From Auanema rhodensis (lineage: Eukaryota; Animalia; Nematoda): a stretch of 64,000 bases of DNA. The notes below the pieces were generated by a model. That model was not told where the DNA came from and ran no database searches. It saw only the letters and a program-made list of their open reading frames with translations. Made by a program: the position numbers and the translations under genes. Shown one piece after another: positions 12,501 to 27,800 of this stretch; the stretch's first letter is position 1; every line of letters begins with the position of its first letter. Location: positions 62,001 to 126,000 of the forward strand of contig CAXKVF010000080.1 of the NCBI GenBank assembly GCA_964057225.1, given 5' to 3'.

Positions 12501-15500
12501 AATTAAATGTACACGTGATGTGCACTTGGTATGTAACTCGCTTCACGTGAAAGATAAAGAGATGCGGTTTTCAAAATTAGATTCCCCACGTCCATATTAG
12601 TCTAAAAACAAATTTTTATTGATATTAGTTCATGGTAACCATGACTTTGAAATTTACGTGAACTTTAATTTATGCTAATTAAATGTACACGTGATGTGCA
12701 CTTGGTATGTAACTCGCTTCACGTGAAAGATAAAGAGATGCGGTTTTCAAAATTAGATTCCCCATGTCCATATTAGTCAAAAACAAATTTTTATTGATAT
12801 TGGTTCATGGTAACCATGACTTTGAAATTTACGTGAACTTTAATTAATGCTAATTAAATGTACACGTGATGTGCACTTGGTATGTAACTCGCTTCACGTA
12901 AAAGATAAAGAGATGCGGTTTTCAAAATTAGATTCCCCATGTCCATATTAGTCTAAAAACAAATTTTTATTGATATTGGTTCATGGTAACCATGACTTTG
13001 AAATTTACGTGAACTTTAATTTATGCTAATTAAATGTACACGTGATGTGCCCTTGGTATGTAACTCGCTTCACGTGAAAGATAAAGAGATGCGGTTTTCA
13101 AAATTAGATTCCCCATGTCCATATTAGTCTAAAAACAAATTTTTATTGATATTAGTTCATGGTAACCATGACTTTGAAATTTACGTGAACTTTAATTTAT
13201 GCTAATTAAATGTACACGTGATGTGCACTTGGTATGTAACTCGCTTCACGTGAAAGATAAAGAGATGCGGTTTTCAAAATTAGATTTCCCATGTCCATAT
13301 TAGTCAAAAACAAATTTTTATTGATATTGGTTCATGGTAACCATGACTTTGAAATTTACGTGAACTTTAATTTATGCTAATTAAATGTACACGTGATGTG
13401 CCCTTGGTATGTAACTCGCTTCACGTGAAAGATAAAGAGATGCGGTTTTCAAAATTAGATTCCCCATGTCCATATTAGTCTAAAAACAAATTTTTATTGA
13501 TATTGCTTCATGGTAACCATGACTTTGAAATTTACGTGAACTTTAATTTATGCTAATTAAATGTACACGTGATGTGCACTTGGTATGTAACTCGCTTCAC
13601 GTGAAAGATAAAGAGATGCGGTTTTCAAAATTAGATTCCCCATGTCCATATTAGTCTAAAAACAAATTTTTATTGATATTGGTTCATGGTAACCATGACT
13701 TTGAAATTTACGTGAACTTTAATTAATGCTAATTAAATGTACACGTGATGTGCACTTGGTATGTAACTCGCTTCACGTGAAAGATAAAGAGATGCGGTTT
13801 TCAAAATTAGATTCCCCATGTCCATATTAGTCTAAAAACAAACTTTTATTGATATTGCTTCATGGTAACCATGACTTTGAAATTTACGTGAACTTTAATT
13901 TATGCTAATTAAATGTACACGTGATGTGCACTTGGTATGTAACTCGCTTCACGTGAAAGATAAAGAGATGCGGTTTTCAAAATTAGATTCCCCATGTCCA
14001 TATTAGTCTAAAAACAAATTTTTATTGATATTGGTTCATGGTAACCATGACTTTGAAATTTACGTGAACTTTAATTAATGCTAATTAAATGTACACGTGA
14101 TGTGCACTTGGTATGTAACTCGCTTCACGTGAAAGATAAAGAGATGCGGTTTTCAAAATTAGATTCCCCATGTCCATATTAGTCTAAAAACAAATTTTTA
14201 TTGATATTGCTTCATGGTAACCATGACTTTGAAATTTACGTGAACTTTAATTTATGCTAATTAAATGTACACGTGATGTGCACTTGGTATGTAACTCGCT
14301 TCACGTGAAAGATAAAGAGATGCGGTTTTCAAAATTAGATTCCCCATGTCCATATTAGTCTAAAAACAAATTTTTATTGATATTGGTTCATGGTAACCAT
14401 GACTTTGAAATTTACGTGAACTTTAATTAATGCTAATTAAATGTACACGTGATGTGCACTTGGTATGTAACTCGCTTCACGTGAAAGATAAAGAGATGCG
14501 GTTTTCAAAATTAGATTCCTCATGTCCATATTAGTCTAAAAACAAATTTTTATTGATATTGCTTCATGGTAACCATGACTTTGAAATTTACGTGAACTTT
14601 AATTTATGCTAATTAAATGTACACGTGATGTGCACTTGGTATGTAACTCGCTTCACGTGAAAGATAAAGAGATGCGGTTTTCAAAATTAGATTCCCCATG
14701 TCCATATTAGTCTAAAAACAAATTTTTATTGATATTGGTTCATGGTAACCATGACTTTGAATTTTACGTGAACTTTAATTTATGCTAATTAAATGTACAC
14801 GTGATGTGCACTTGGTATGTAACTCGCTTCACGTGAAAGATAAAGAGATGCGGTTTTCAAAATTAGATTCCCCATGTCCATATTAGTCTAAAAACAAATT
14901 TTTATTGATATTGCTTCATGGTAACCATGACTTTGAAATTTACGTGAACTTTAATTTATGCTAATTAAATGTACACGTGATGTGCACTTGGTATGTAACT
15001 CGCTTCACGTGAAAGATAAAGAGATGCGGTTTTCAAAATTAGATTCCCCATGTCCATATTAGTCTAAAAACAAATTTTTATTGATATTGGTTCATGGTAA
15101 CCATGACTTTGAATTTTACGTGAACTTTAATTTATGCTAATTAAATGTACACGTGATGTGCACTTGGTATGTAACTCGCTTCACGTGAAAGATAAAGAGA
15201 TGCGGTTTTCAAAATTAGATTCCCCATGTCCATATTAGTCTAAATACAAATTTTTATTGATATTGCTTCATGGTAACCATGACTTTGAAATTTACGTGAA
15301 CTTTAATTTATGCTAATTAAATGTACACGTGATGTGCACTTGGTATGTAACTCGCTTCACGTGAAAGATAAAAAGATGCGGTTTTCAAAATTAGATTCCC
15401 CATGTCCATATTAGTCTAAAAACAAATTTTTATTGATATTGGTTCATGGTAACCATGACTTTGAATTTTACGTGAACTTTAATTTATGCTAATTAAATGT
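6513..15500. repeat. Higher-order repeat domain: ~14-mer followed by two ~17-mers, containing 175-bp deletion monomers
   Basis: Marker CGTGAACTTAATTAATG at 6681, 9142 and 12130 (gaps 2461 = 14x176-3 and 2988 = 17x176-4). CCCCACGTCC at 7311, 9595 and 12584. TCCTCATG at ~11530 and ~14519. Confidence 0.88.
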
Positions 15501-18500
15501 ACACGTGATGTGCACTTGGTATGTAACTCGCTTCACGTGAAAGATAAAGAAATGCGGTTTTCAAAATTAGATTCCCCATGTCCATATTAGTCTAAAAACA
15601 AATTTTCATTGATATTGGTTCATGGTAACCATGACTTTGAAATTTACGTGAACTTTAATTTATGCTAATTAAATGTACACGTGATGTGCACTTGGTATGT
15701 AACTCGCTTCACGTGAAAGATAAAGAGATGCGGTTTTCAAAATTAGATTCCCCATGTCCATATTAGTCTAAAAACAAATTTTTATTGATATTGGTTCATG
15801 GTAACCATGACTTTGAAATTTACGTGAACTTTAATTTATGCTAATTAAATGTACACGTGATGTGCACTTGGTATGTAACTCGCTTCACGTGAAAGATAAA
15901 GATATGCGGTTTTCAAAATTAGATTCCCCATGTCCATATTAGTCTAAAAACAAATTTTTATTGATATTGGTGCATGGTAATCATGACTTTGAAATTTACG
16001 TGAACTTTAATTTATGCTAATTAAATGTACACGTGATGTGCACTTGGTATGTAACTCGCTTCACGTGAAAGATGAAGAGATGCGGTTTTCAAAATTAGAT
16101 TCCCCATGTCCATATTAGTCTAAAAACAAATTTTTATTGATATTGGTGCATGGTAACCATGACTTTGAAATTTACGTGAACTTTAATTTATGCTAATTAA
16201 ATGTACACGTGATGTGCACTTGGTATGTAACTCGCTTCACGTGAAAGATAAAGAGATGCGGTTTTCAAAATTAGATTCCCCATGTCCATATTAGTCTAAA
16301 AACAAATTTTTATTGATATTGGTGCATGGTAACCATGACTTTGAAATTTACGTGAACTTCAATTTATGCTAATTAAATGTACACGTGATGTGCACTTGGT
16401 ATGTAACTCGCTTCACGTAAAAGATGAAGAGATGCGGTTTTCAGAATTAGATTCCCCATGTCCATATTAGTTTAAAAACAAATTTTTATTGATATTGGTT
16501 CATGGTAACCATGACTTTGAAATTTACGTGAACTTTAATTTATGCTAATTAAATGTACACGTGATGTGCACTTGGTATGTAACTCGCTTCACGTAAAAGA
16601 TGAAGAGATGCGGTTTTCAGAATTAGATTCCCCATGTCCATATTAGTCTAAAAACAAATTTTTATTGATATTGGTTCATGGTAACCATGACTTTGAAATT
16701 TACGTGAACTTTAATTTATGCTAATTAAATGTACACGTGATGTGCACTTGGTATGTAACTCGCTTCACGTGAAAGATGAAGAGATGCGGTTTTCAAAATT
16801 AGATTCCCCATGTCCATATTAGTCTAAAAACAAATTTTTATTGATATTGGTGCATGGTAACCATGACTTTGAAATTTACGTGAACTTTAATTTATGCTAA
16901 TTAAATGTACACGTGATGTGCACTTGGTATGTAACTCGCTTCACGTGAAAGATAAAGAGATGCGGTTTTCAAAATTAGATTCCCCATGTCCATATTAGTC
17001 TAAATACAAATTTTTATTGATATTGGTGCATGGTAACCATGACTTTGAAATTTACGTGAACTTTAATTTATGCTAATTAAATGTACACGTGATGTGCACT
17101 TGGTATGTAACTCGCTTCACGTGAAAGATAAAGAGATGCGGTTTTCAAAATTAGATTCCCCATGTCCATATTAGTCTAAAAACAAATTTTTATTGATATT
17201 GGTTCATGGTAACCATGACTTTGAAATTTACGTGAACTTTAATTTATGCTAATTAAATGTACACGTGATGTGCACTTGGTATGTAACTCGCTTCACGTGA
17301 AAGATAAAGAGATGCGGTTTTCAAAATTAGATTCCCCATGTCCATATTAGTCTAAAAACAAATTTTTATTGATATTGGTGCATGGTAACCATGACTTTGA
17401 AATTTACGTGAACTTTAATTTATGCTAATTAAATGTACACGTGATGTGCACTTGGTATGTAACTCGCTTCACGTGAAAGATAAAAAGATGCGGTTTTCAA
17501 AATTAGATTCCCCATGTCCATATTAGTCTAAAAACAAATTTTTATTGATATTGGTTCATGGTAACCATGACTTTGAAATTTACGTGAACTTTAATTTATG
17601 CTAATTAAATGTACACGTGATGTGCACTTGGTATGTAACTCGCTTCACGTGAAAGATAAAGAGATGCGGTTTTCAAAATTAGATTCCCCATGTCCATATT
17701 AGTCTAAAAACAAATTTTTATTGATATTGGTTCATGGTAACCATGACTTTGAAATTTACGTGAACTTTAATTTATGCTAATTAAATGTACACGTGATGTG
17801 CACTTGGTATGTAACTCGCTTCACGTGAAAGATAAAGAGATGCGGTTTTCAAAATTAGATTCCCCATGTCCATATTAGTCTAAAAACAAATTTTTATTGA
17901 TATTGGTGCATGGTAACCATGACTTTGAAATTTACGTGAACTTTAATTTATGCTAATTAAATGTACACGTGATGTGCACTTGGTATGTAACTCGCTTCAC
18001 GTGAAAGATAAAGAGATGCGGTTTTCAAAATTAGATTCCCCATGTCCATATTAGTCTAAAAACAAATTTTTATTGATATTGGTGCATGGTAACCATGACT
18101 TTGAAATTTACGTGAACTTTAATTTATGCTAATTAAATGTACACGTGATGTGCACTTGGTATGTAACTCGCTTCACGTGAAAGATAAAGAGATGCGGTTT
18201 TCAAAATTAGATTCCCCATGTCCATATTAGTCTAAATACAAATTTTTATTGATATTGGTGCATGGTAACCATGACTTTGAAATTTACGTGAACTTTAATT
18301 TATGCTAATTAAATGTACACGTGATGTGCACTTGGTATGTAACTCGCTTCACGTGAAAGATAAAGAGATGCGGTTTTCAAAATTAGATTCCCCATGTCCA
18401 TATTAGTCTAAAAACAAATTTTTATTGATATTGGTTCATGGTAACCATGACTTTGAAATTTACGTGAACTTTAATTTATGCTAATTAAATGTACACGTGA

Positions 18501-21286
18501 TGTGCACTTGGTATGAAACTCGCTTCACGTGAAAGATAAAGAGATGCGGTTTTCAAAATTAGATTCCCCATGTCCATATTAGTCTAAAAACAAATTTTTA
18601 TTGATATTGGTGCATGGTAACCATGACTTTGAAATTTACGTGAACTTTAATTTATGCTAATTAAATGTACACGTGATGTGCACTTGGTATGTAACTCGCT
18701 TCACGTGAAAGATAAAGAGATGCGGTTTTCAAAATTAGATTCCCCATGTCCATATTAGTCTAAAAACAAATTTTTATTGATATTGGTGCATGGTAACCAT
18801 GACTTTGAAATTTACGTGAACTTTAATTCATGCTAATTAAATGTACACGTGATGTGCACTTGGTATGTAACTCGCTTCACGTGAAAGATAAAGAGATGCG
18901 GTTTTCAAAATTAGATTCCCCATGTCCATATTAGTCTAAAAACAAATTTTTATTGATATTGCTTCATGGTAACCATGACTTTGAAATTTACGTGAACTTT
19001 AATTTATGCTAATTAAATGTACACGTGATGTGCACTTGGTATGTAACTCGCTTCACGTGAAAGATAAAGAGATGCGGTTTTCAAAATTAGATTCCCCATG
19101 TCCATATTAGTCTAAAAACAAATTTTTATTGATATTGGTTCATGGTAACCATGACTTTGAAATTTACGTGAACTTTAATTTATGCTAATTAAATGTACAC
19201 GTGATGTGCACTTGGTATGTAACTCGCTTCACGTGAAAGATAAAGAGATGCGGTTTTCAAAATTAGATTCCCCATGTCCATATTAGTCTAAAAACAAATT
19301 TTTATTGATATTGCTTCATGGTAACCATGACTTTGAAATTTACGTGAACTTTAATTTATGCTAATTAAATGTACACATGATGTGCACTTGGTATGTAACT
19401 CGCTTCACGTGAAAGATAAAGAGATGCGGTTTTCAAAATTAGATTCCCCATGTCCATATTAGTCTAAAAACGAATTTTTATTGATATTGCCTCATGGTAA
19501 CCATGACTTTGAAATTTACGTGAACTTTAATTTATGCTAATTAAATGTACACGTGATGTGCACTTGGTATGTAACTCGCTTCACGTGAAAGATAAAGAGA
19601 TGCGGTTTTCAAAATTAGATTCCCCATGTCCATATTAGTCTAAAAACAAATTTTTATTGATATTGGTTCATGGTAACCATGACTTTGAAATTTACGTGAA
19701 CTTTAATTTATGCTAATTAAATGTACACGTGATGTGCACTTGGTATGTAACTCGCTTCACGTGAAAGATAAAGAGATGCGGTTTTCAAAATTAGATTCCC
19801 CATGTCCATATTAGTCTAAAAACAAATTTTTATTGATATTGGTTCATGGTAACCATGACTTTGAAATTTACGTGAACTTTAATTTATGCTAATTAAATGT
19901 ACACGTGATGTGCACTTGGTATGTAACTCGCTTCACGTGAAAGATAAAGAGATGCGGTTTTCAAAATTAGATTCCCCATGTCCATATTAGTCTAAAAACA
20001 AATTTTTATTGATATTGGTTCATGGTAACCATGACTTTGAAATTTACGTGAACTTTAATTTATGCTAATTAAATGTACACGTGATGTGCACTTGGTATGT
20101 AACTCGCTTCACGTGAAAGATAAAGAGATGCGGTTTTCAAAATTAGATTCCCCATGTCCATATTAGTCTAAAAACAAATTTTTATTGATATTGGTGCATG
20201 GTAACCATGACTTTGAAATTTACGTGAACTTTAATTTATGCTAATTAAATGTACACGTGATGTGCACTTGGTATGTAACTCGCTTCACGTGAAAGATAAA
20301 GAGATGCGGTTTTCAAAATTAGATTCCCCATGTCCATATTAGTCTAAAAACAAATTTTTATTGATATTGGTGCATGGTAACCATGACTTTGAAATTTACG
20401 TGAACTTTAATTTATGCTAATTAAATGTACACGTGATGTGCACTTGGTATGTAACTCGCTTCACGTGAAAGATAAAGAGATGCGGTTTTCAAAATTAGAT
20501 TCCCCATGTCCATATTAGTCTAAAAACAAATTTTTATTGATATTGGTGCATGGTAACCATGACTTTGAAATTTACGTGAACTTTAATTTATGCTAATTAA
20601 ATGTACACGTGATGTGCACTTGGTATGTAACTCGCTTCACGTGAAAGATAAAGAGATGCGGTTTTCAAAATTAGATTCCCCATGTCCATATTAGTCTAAA
20701 AACAACTTTTTATTGATATTGGTGCATGGTAACCATGACTTTGAAATTTACGTGAACTTTAATTTATGCTAATTAAATGTACACGTGATGTGCACTTGGT
20801 ATGTAACTCGCTTCACGTGAAAGATAAAGAGATGCGGTTTTCAAAATTAGATTCCCCATGTCCATATTAGTCTAAAAACAAATTTTTATTGATATTGGTG
20901 CATGGTAACCATGACTTTGAATTTTACGTGAACTTTAATTTATGCTAATTAAATGTACACGTGATGTGCACTTGGTATGTAACTCGCTTCACGTGAAAGA
21001 TAAAGAGATGCGGTTTTCAAAATTAGATTCCCCATGTCCATATTAGTCTAAAAACAAATTTTTATTGATATTGGTGCATGGTAACCATGACTTTGAAATT
21101 TACGTGAACTTTAATTTATGCTAATTAAATGTACACGTGATGTGCACTTGGTATGTAACTCGCTTCACGTGAAAGATAAAGAGATGCGGTTTTCAAAATT
21201 AGATTCCCCATGTCCATATTAGTCTAAAAACAAATTTTAATTGATATTGGTTCATGGTAACCATGACTTTGAAATTTACGTGAACT

Positions 21287-24200
21287 TTAATTTATGCTAA
21301 TTAAATGTACACGTGATGTGCACTTGGTATGTAACTCGCTTCACGTGAAAGATAAAGAGATGCGGTTTTCAAAATTAGATTCCCCATGTCCATATTAGTC
21401 TAAAAACAAATTTTTATTGATATTGGTTCATGGTAACCATGACTTTGAAATTTACGTGAACTTTAATTTATGCTAATTAAATGTACACGTGATGTGCACT
21501 TGGTATGTAACTCGCTTCACGTGAAAGATAAAGAGATGCGGTTTTCAAAATTAGATTCCCCATGTCCATATTAGTCTAAAAACAAATTTTTATTGATATT
21601 GGTGCATGGTAACCATGACTTTGAAATTTACGTGAACTTTAATTTATGCTAATTAAATGTACACGTGATGTGCACTTGGTATGTAACTCGCTTCACGTGA
21701 AAGATAAAGAGATGCGGTTTTCAAAAATAGATTACCCATGTCCATATTAGTCTAAAAACAAATTTTTATTGATATTGGTTCATGGTAACCATGACTTTGA
21801 AATTTACGTGAACTTTAATTTATGCTAATTAAATGTACACGTGATGTGCACTTGGTATGTAACTCGCTTCACGTGAAAGATAAAGAGATGCGGTTTTCAA
21901 AATTAGATTCCCCATGTCCATATTAGTCTAAAAACAAATTTTTATTGATATTGGTTCATGGTAACCATGACTTTGAAATTTACGTGAACTTTAATTTATG
22001 CTAATTAAATGTACACGTGATGAGCACTTGGTATGTAACTCGCTTCACGTGAAAGATAAAGAGATGCGGTTTTCAAAATTAGATTCTTCATGTCCATATT
22101 AGTCTAAAAACAAATTTTTATTGATATTGCTTCATGGTAACCATGACTTTGAAATTTACGTGAACTTTAATTTATGCTAATTAAATGTACACGTGATGTG
22201 CACTTGGTATGTAACTCGCTTCACGTGAAAGATAAAGAGATGCGGTTTTCAAAATTAGATTCCCCATGTCCATATTAGTCTAAAAACAAATTTTTATTGA
22301 TATTGGTGCATGGTAACCATGACTTTGAAATTTACGTGAACTTTAATTTATGCTAATTGAATGTACACGTGATGTGCACTTGGTATGTAACTCGCTTCAC
22401 GTGAAAGATAAAGAGATGCGGTTTTCAAAATTAGATTCCCCATGTCCATATTAGTCCAAAAACAAATTTTTATTGATATTGCTTCATGGTAACCATGACT
22501 TTGAAATTTACGTGAACTTTAATTTATGCTAATTAAATGTACACGTGATGTGCACTTGGTATGTAACTCGCTTCACGTGGAAGATAAAGAGATGCGGTTT
22601 TCAAAATTAGATTCCCCATGTCCATATTAGTCTAAAAACAAATTTTTAATGATATTGGTTCATGGTAACCATGACTTTGAAATTTACGTGAACTTTAATT
22701 TATGCTAATTAAATGTACACGTGATGTGCACTTGGTATGTAACTCGCTTCACGTGAAAGATAAAGAGATGCGGTTTTCAAAATTAGATTCCCCATGTCCA
22801 TATTAGTCTAAAAACAAATTTTTATTGATATTGGTTCATGGTAACCATGACTTTGAAATTTACGTGAACTTTAATTTATGCTAATTAAATGTACACGTGA
22901 TGTGCACTTGGTATGTAACTCGCTTCACGTGAAAGATAAAGAGATGCGGTTTTCAAAATTAGATTCCCCATGTCCATATTAGTCTAAAAACAAATTTTTA
23001 TTGATATTGGTTCATGGTAACCATGACTTTGAAATTTACGTGAACTTTAATTTATGCTAATTAAATGTACACGTGATGTGCACTTGGTATGTAACTCGCT
23101 TCACGTGAAAGATAAAGAGATGCGGTTTTCAAAATTAGATTCCCCATGTCCATATTAGTCTAAAAACAAATTTTTATTGATATTGGTTCATGGTAACCAT
23201 GACTTTGAAATTTACGTGAACTTTAATTTATGCTAATTAAATGTACACGTGATGTGCACTTGGTATGTAACTCGCTTCACGTGAAAGATAAAGAGATGCG
23301 GTTTTCAAAATTAGATTCCCCATGTCCATATTAGTCTAAAAACAAATTTTTATTGATATTGGTGCATGGTAACCATGACTTTGAAATTTACGTGAACTTT
23401 AATTTATGCTAATTAAATGTACACGTGATGTGCACTTGGTATGTAACTCGCTTCACGTGAAAGATAAAGAGATGCGGTTTTCAAAAATAGATTACCCATG
23501 TCCATATTAGTCTAAAAACAAATTTTTATTGATATTGGTTCATGGTAACCATGACTTTGAAATTTACGTGAACTTTAATTTATGCTAATTAAATGTACAC
23601 GTGATGTGCACTTGGTATGTAACTCGCTTCACGTGAAAGATAAAGAGATGCGGTTTTCAAAATTAGATTCCCCATGTCCATATTAGTCTAAAAACAAATT
23701 TTTATTGATATTGGTTCATGGTAACCATGACTTTGAAATTTACGTGAACTTTAATTTATGCTAATTAAATGTACACGTGATGAGCACTTGGTATGTAACT
23801 CGCTTCACGTGAAAGATAAAGAGATGCGGTTTTCAAAATTAGATTCTTCATGTCCATATTAGTCTAAAAACAAATTTTTATTGATATTGCTTCATGGTAA
23901 CCATGACTTTGAAATTTACGTGAACTTTAATTTATGCTAATTAAATGTACACGTGATGTGCACTTGGTATGTAACTCGCTTCACGTGAAAGATAAAGAGA
24001 TGCGGTTTTCAAAATTAGATTCCCCATGTCCATATTAGTCTAAAAACAAATTTTTATTGATATTGGTGCATGGTAACCATGACTTTGAAATTTACGTGAA
24101 CTTTAATTTATGCTAATTGAATGTACACGTGATGTGCACTTGGTATGTAACTCGCTTCACGTGAAAGATAAAGAGATGCGGTTTTCAAAATTAGATTCCC

Positions 24201-24806
24201 CATGTCCATATTAGTCCAAAAACAAATTTTTATTGATATTGCTTCATGGTAACCATGACTTTGAAATTTACGTGAACTTTAATTTATGCTAATTAAATGT
24301 ACACGTGATGTGCACTTGGTATGTAACTCGCTTCACGTGGAAGATAAAGAGATGCGGTTTTCAAAATTAGATTCCCCATGTCCATATTAGTCTAAAAACA
24401 AATTTTTAATGATATTGGTTCATGGTAACCATGACTTTGAAATTTACGTGAACTTTAATTTATGCTAATTAAATGTACACGTGATGTGCACTTGGTATGT
24501 AACTCGCTTCACGTGAAAGATAAAGAGATGCGGTTTTCAAAATTAGATTCCCCATGTCCATATTAGTCTAAAAACAAATTTTTATTGATATTGGTTCATG
24601 GTAACCATGACTTTGAAATTTACGTGAACTTTAATTTATGCTAATTAAATGTACACGTGATGTGCACTTGGTATGTAACTCGCTTCACGTGAAAGATAAA
24701 GAGATGCGGTTTTCAAAATTAGATTCCCCATGTCCATATTAGTCTAAAAACAAATTTTTATTGATATTGGTTCATGGTAACCATGACTTTGAAATTTACG
24801 TGAACT
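21287..24806. repeat. Tandem duplication of a 10-monomer (1760 bp) unit
   Basis: AAAATAGATTACC (~21724/23484), TGAGCAC (22021/23781), ATTCTTCA, AATTGA, AGTCCAAA, CGTGGAAG and TTTTTAATG all repeat at +1760. Confidence 0.93.
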
Positions 24807-27800
24807 TTAATTTATGCTAATTAAATGTACACGTGATGTGCACTTGGTATGTAACTCGCTTCACGTGAAAGATAAAGAGATGCGGTTTTCAAAATTAGAT
24901 TCCCCATGTCCATATTAGTCTAAAAACAAATTTTTATTGATATTGGTGCATGGTAACCATAACTTTGAAATTTACGTGAACTTTAATTTATGCTAATTAA
25001 ATGTACACGTGATGTGCACTTGGTATGTAACTCGCTTCACGTGAAAGATAAAGAGATGCGGTTTTCAAAATTAGATTCCCCATGTCCATATTAGTCTAAA
25101 AACAAATTTTTATTGATATTGGTTCATGGTAACCATGACTTTGAAATTTACGTGAACTTTAATTTATGCTAATTAAATGTACACGTGATGTGCACTTGGT
25201 ATGTAACTCGCTTCACGTGAAAGATAAAGAGATGCGGTTTTCAAAATTAGATTCCCCATGTCCATATTAGTCTAAAAACAAATTTTTATTGATATTGGTG
25301 CATGGTAACCATGACTTTGAAATTTACGTGAACTTTAATTTATGCTAATTAAATGTACACGTGATGTGCACTTGGTATGTAACTCGCTTCACGTGAAAGA
25401 TAAAGAGATGCGGTTTTCAAAATTAGATTCCCCATGTCCATATTAGTCTAAAAACAAATTTTCATTGATATTGGTTCATGGTAACCATGACTTTGAAATT
25501 TACGTGAACTTTAATTTATGCTAATTAAATGTACACGTGATGTGCACTTGGTATGTAACTCGCTTCACGTGAAAGATAAAGAGATGCGGTTTTCAAAATT
25601 AGATTCCCCATGTCCATATTAGTCTAAAAACAAATTTTTATTGATATTGGTTCATGGTAACCATGACTTTGAAATTTACGTGAACTTTAATTTATGCTAA
25701 TTAAATGTACACGTGATGTGCACTTGGTATGTAACTCGCTTCACGTGAAAGATAAAGAGATGCGGTTTTCAAAATTAGATTCCCCATGTCCATATTAGTC
25801 TAAAAACAAATTTTTATTGATATTGCTTCATGGTAACCATGACTTTGAAATTTACGTGAACTTTAATTTATGCTAATTAAATGTACACGTGATGTGCACT
25901 TGGTATGTAACTCGCTTCACGTGAAAGATAAAGAGATGCGGTTTTCAAAATTAGATTCCCCATGTCCATATTAGTCTAAAAACAAATTTTTATTGATATT
26001 AGTTCATGGTAACCATGACTTTGAAATTTACGTGAACTTTAATTTATGCTAATTAAATGTACACGTGATGTGCACTTGGTATGTAACTCGCTTCACGTGA
26101 AAGATAAAGAGATGCGGTTTTCAAAATTAGATTCCCCATGTCCATATTAGTCTAAAAACAAATTTTTATTGATATTAGTTCATGGTAACCATGACTTTGA
26201 AATTTACGTGAACTTTAATTTATGCTAATTAAATGTACACGTGATGTGCACTTGGTATGTAACTCGCTTCACGTGAAAGATAAAGAGATGCGGTTTTCAA
26301 AATTAGATTCCCCATGTCCATATTAGTCTAAAAACAAATTTTCATTGATATTGGTTCATGGTAACCATGACTTTGAAATTAACGTGAACTTTAATTTATG
26401 CTAATTAAATGTACACGTGATGTGCACTTGGTATGTAACTCGCTTCACGTGAAAGATAAAGAGATGCGGTTTTCAAAATTAGATTCCCCATGTCCATATT
26501 AGTCTAAAAACAAATTTTTATTGATATTGGTTCATGGTAACCATGACTTTGAAATTTACGTGAACTTTAATTTATGCTAATTAAATGTACACGTGATGTG
26601 CACTTGGTATGTAACTCGCTTCACGTGAAAGATAAAGAGATGCGGTTTTCAAAATTAGATTCCCCATGTCCATATTAGTCTAAAAACAAATTTTTATTGA
26701 TATTAGTTCATGGTAACCATGACTTTGAAATTTACGTGAACTTTAATTTATGCTAATTAAATGTACACGTGATGTGCACTTGGTATGTAACTCGCTTCAC
26801 GTGAAAGATAAAGAGATGCGGTTTTCAAAATTAGATTCCCCATGTCCATATTAGTCTAAAAACAAATTTTCATTGATATTGGTTCATGGTAACCATGACT
26901 TTGAAATTAACGTGAACTTTAATTTATGCTAATTAAATGTACACGTGATGTGCACTTGGTATGTAACTCGCTTCACGTGAAAGATAAAGAGATGCGGTTT
27001 TCAAAATTAGATTCCCCATGTCCATATTAGTCTAAAAACAAATTTTTATTGATATTGGTTCATGGTAACCATGACTTTGAAATTTACGTGAACTTTAATT
27101 TATGCTAATTAAATGTACACGTGATGTGCACTTGGTATGTAACTCGCTTCACGTGAAAGATAAAGAGATGCGGTTTTCAAAATTAGATTCCCCATGTCCA
27201 TATTAGTCTAAAAACAAATTTTTATTGATATTGGTGCATGGTAATCATGACTTTGAAATTTACGTGAACTTTAATTTATGCTAATTAAATGTACACGTGA
27301 TGTGCACTTGGTATGTAACTCGCTTCACGTGAAATATAAAGAGATGCGGTTTTCAAAATTAGATTCCCCATGTCCATATTAGTCTAAAAACAAATTTTTA
27401 TTGATATTGGTTCATGGTAACCATGACTTTGAAATTTACGTGAACTTTAATTTATGCTAATTAAATGTACACGTGATGTGCACTTGGTATGTAACTCGCT
27501 TCACGTGAAAGATAAAGAGATGCGGTTTTCAAAATTAGATTCCCCATGTCCATATTAGTCTAAAAACAAATTTTTATTGATATTGGTTCATGGTAACCAT
27601 GACTTTGAAATTTACGTGAACTTTAATTTATGCTAATTAAATGTACACGTGATGTGCACTTGGTATGTAACTCGCTTCACGTGAAAGATAAAGAGATGCG
27701 GTTTTCAAAATTAGATTCCCCATGTCCATATTAGTCTAAAAACAAATTTTTATTGATATTGGTTCATGGTAACCATGACTTTGAAATTTACGTGAACTTT

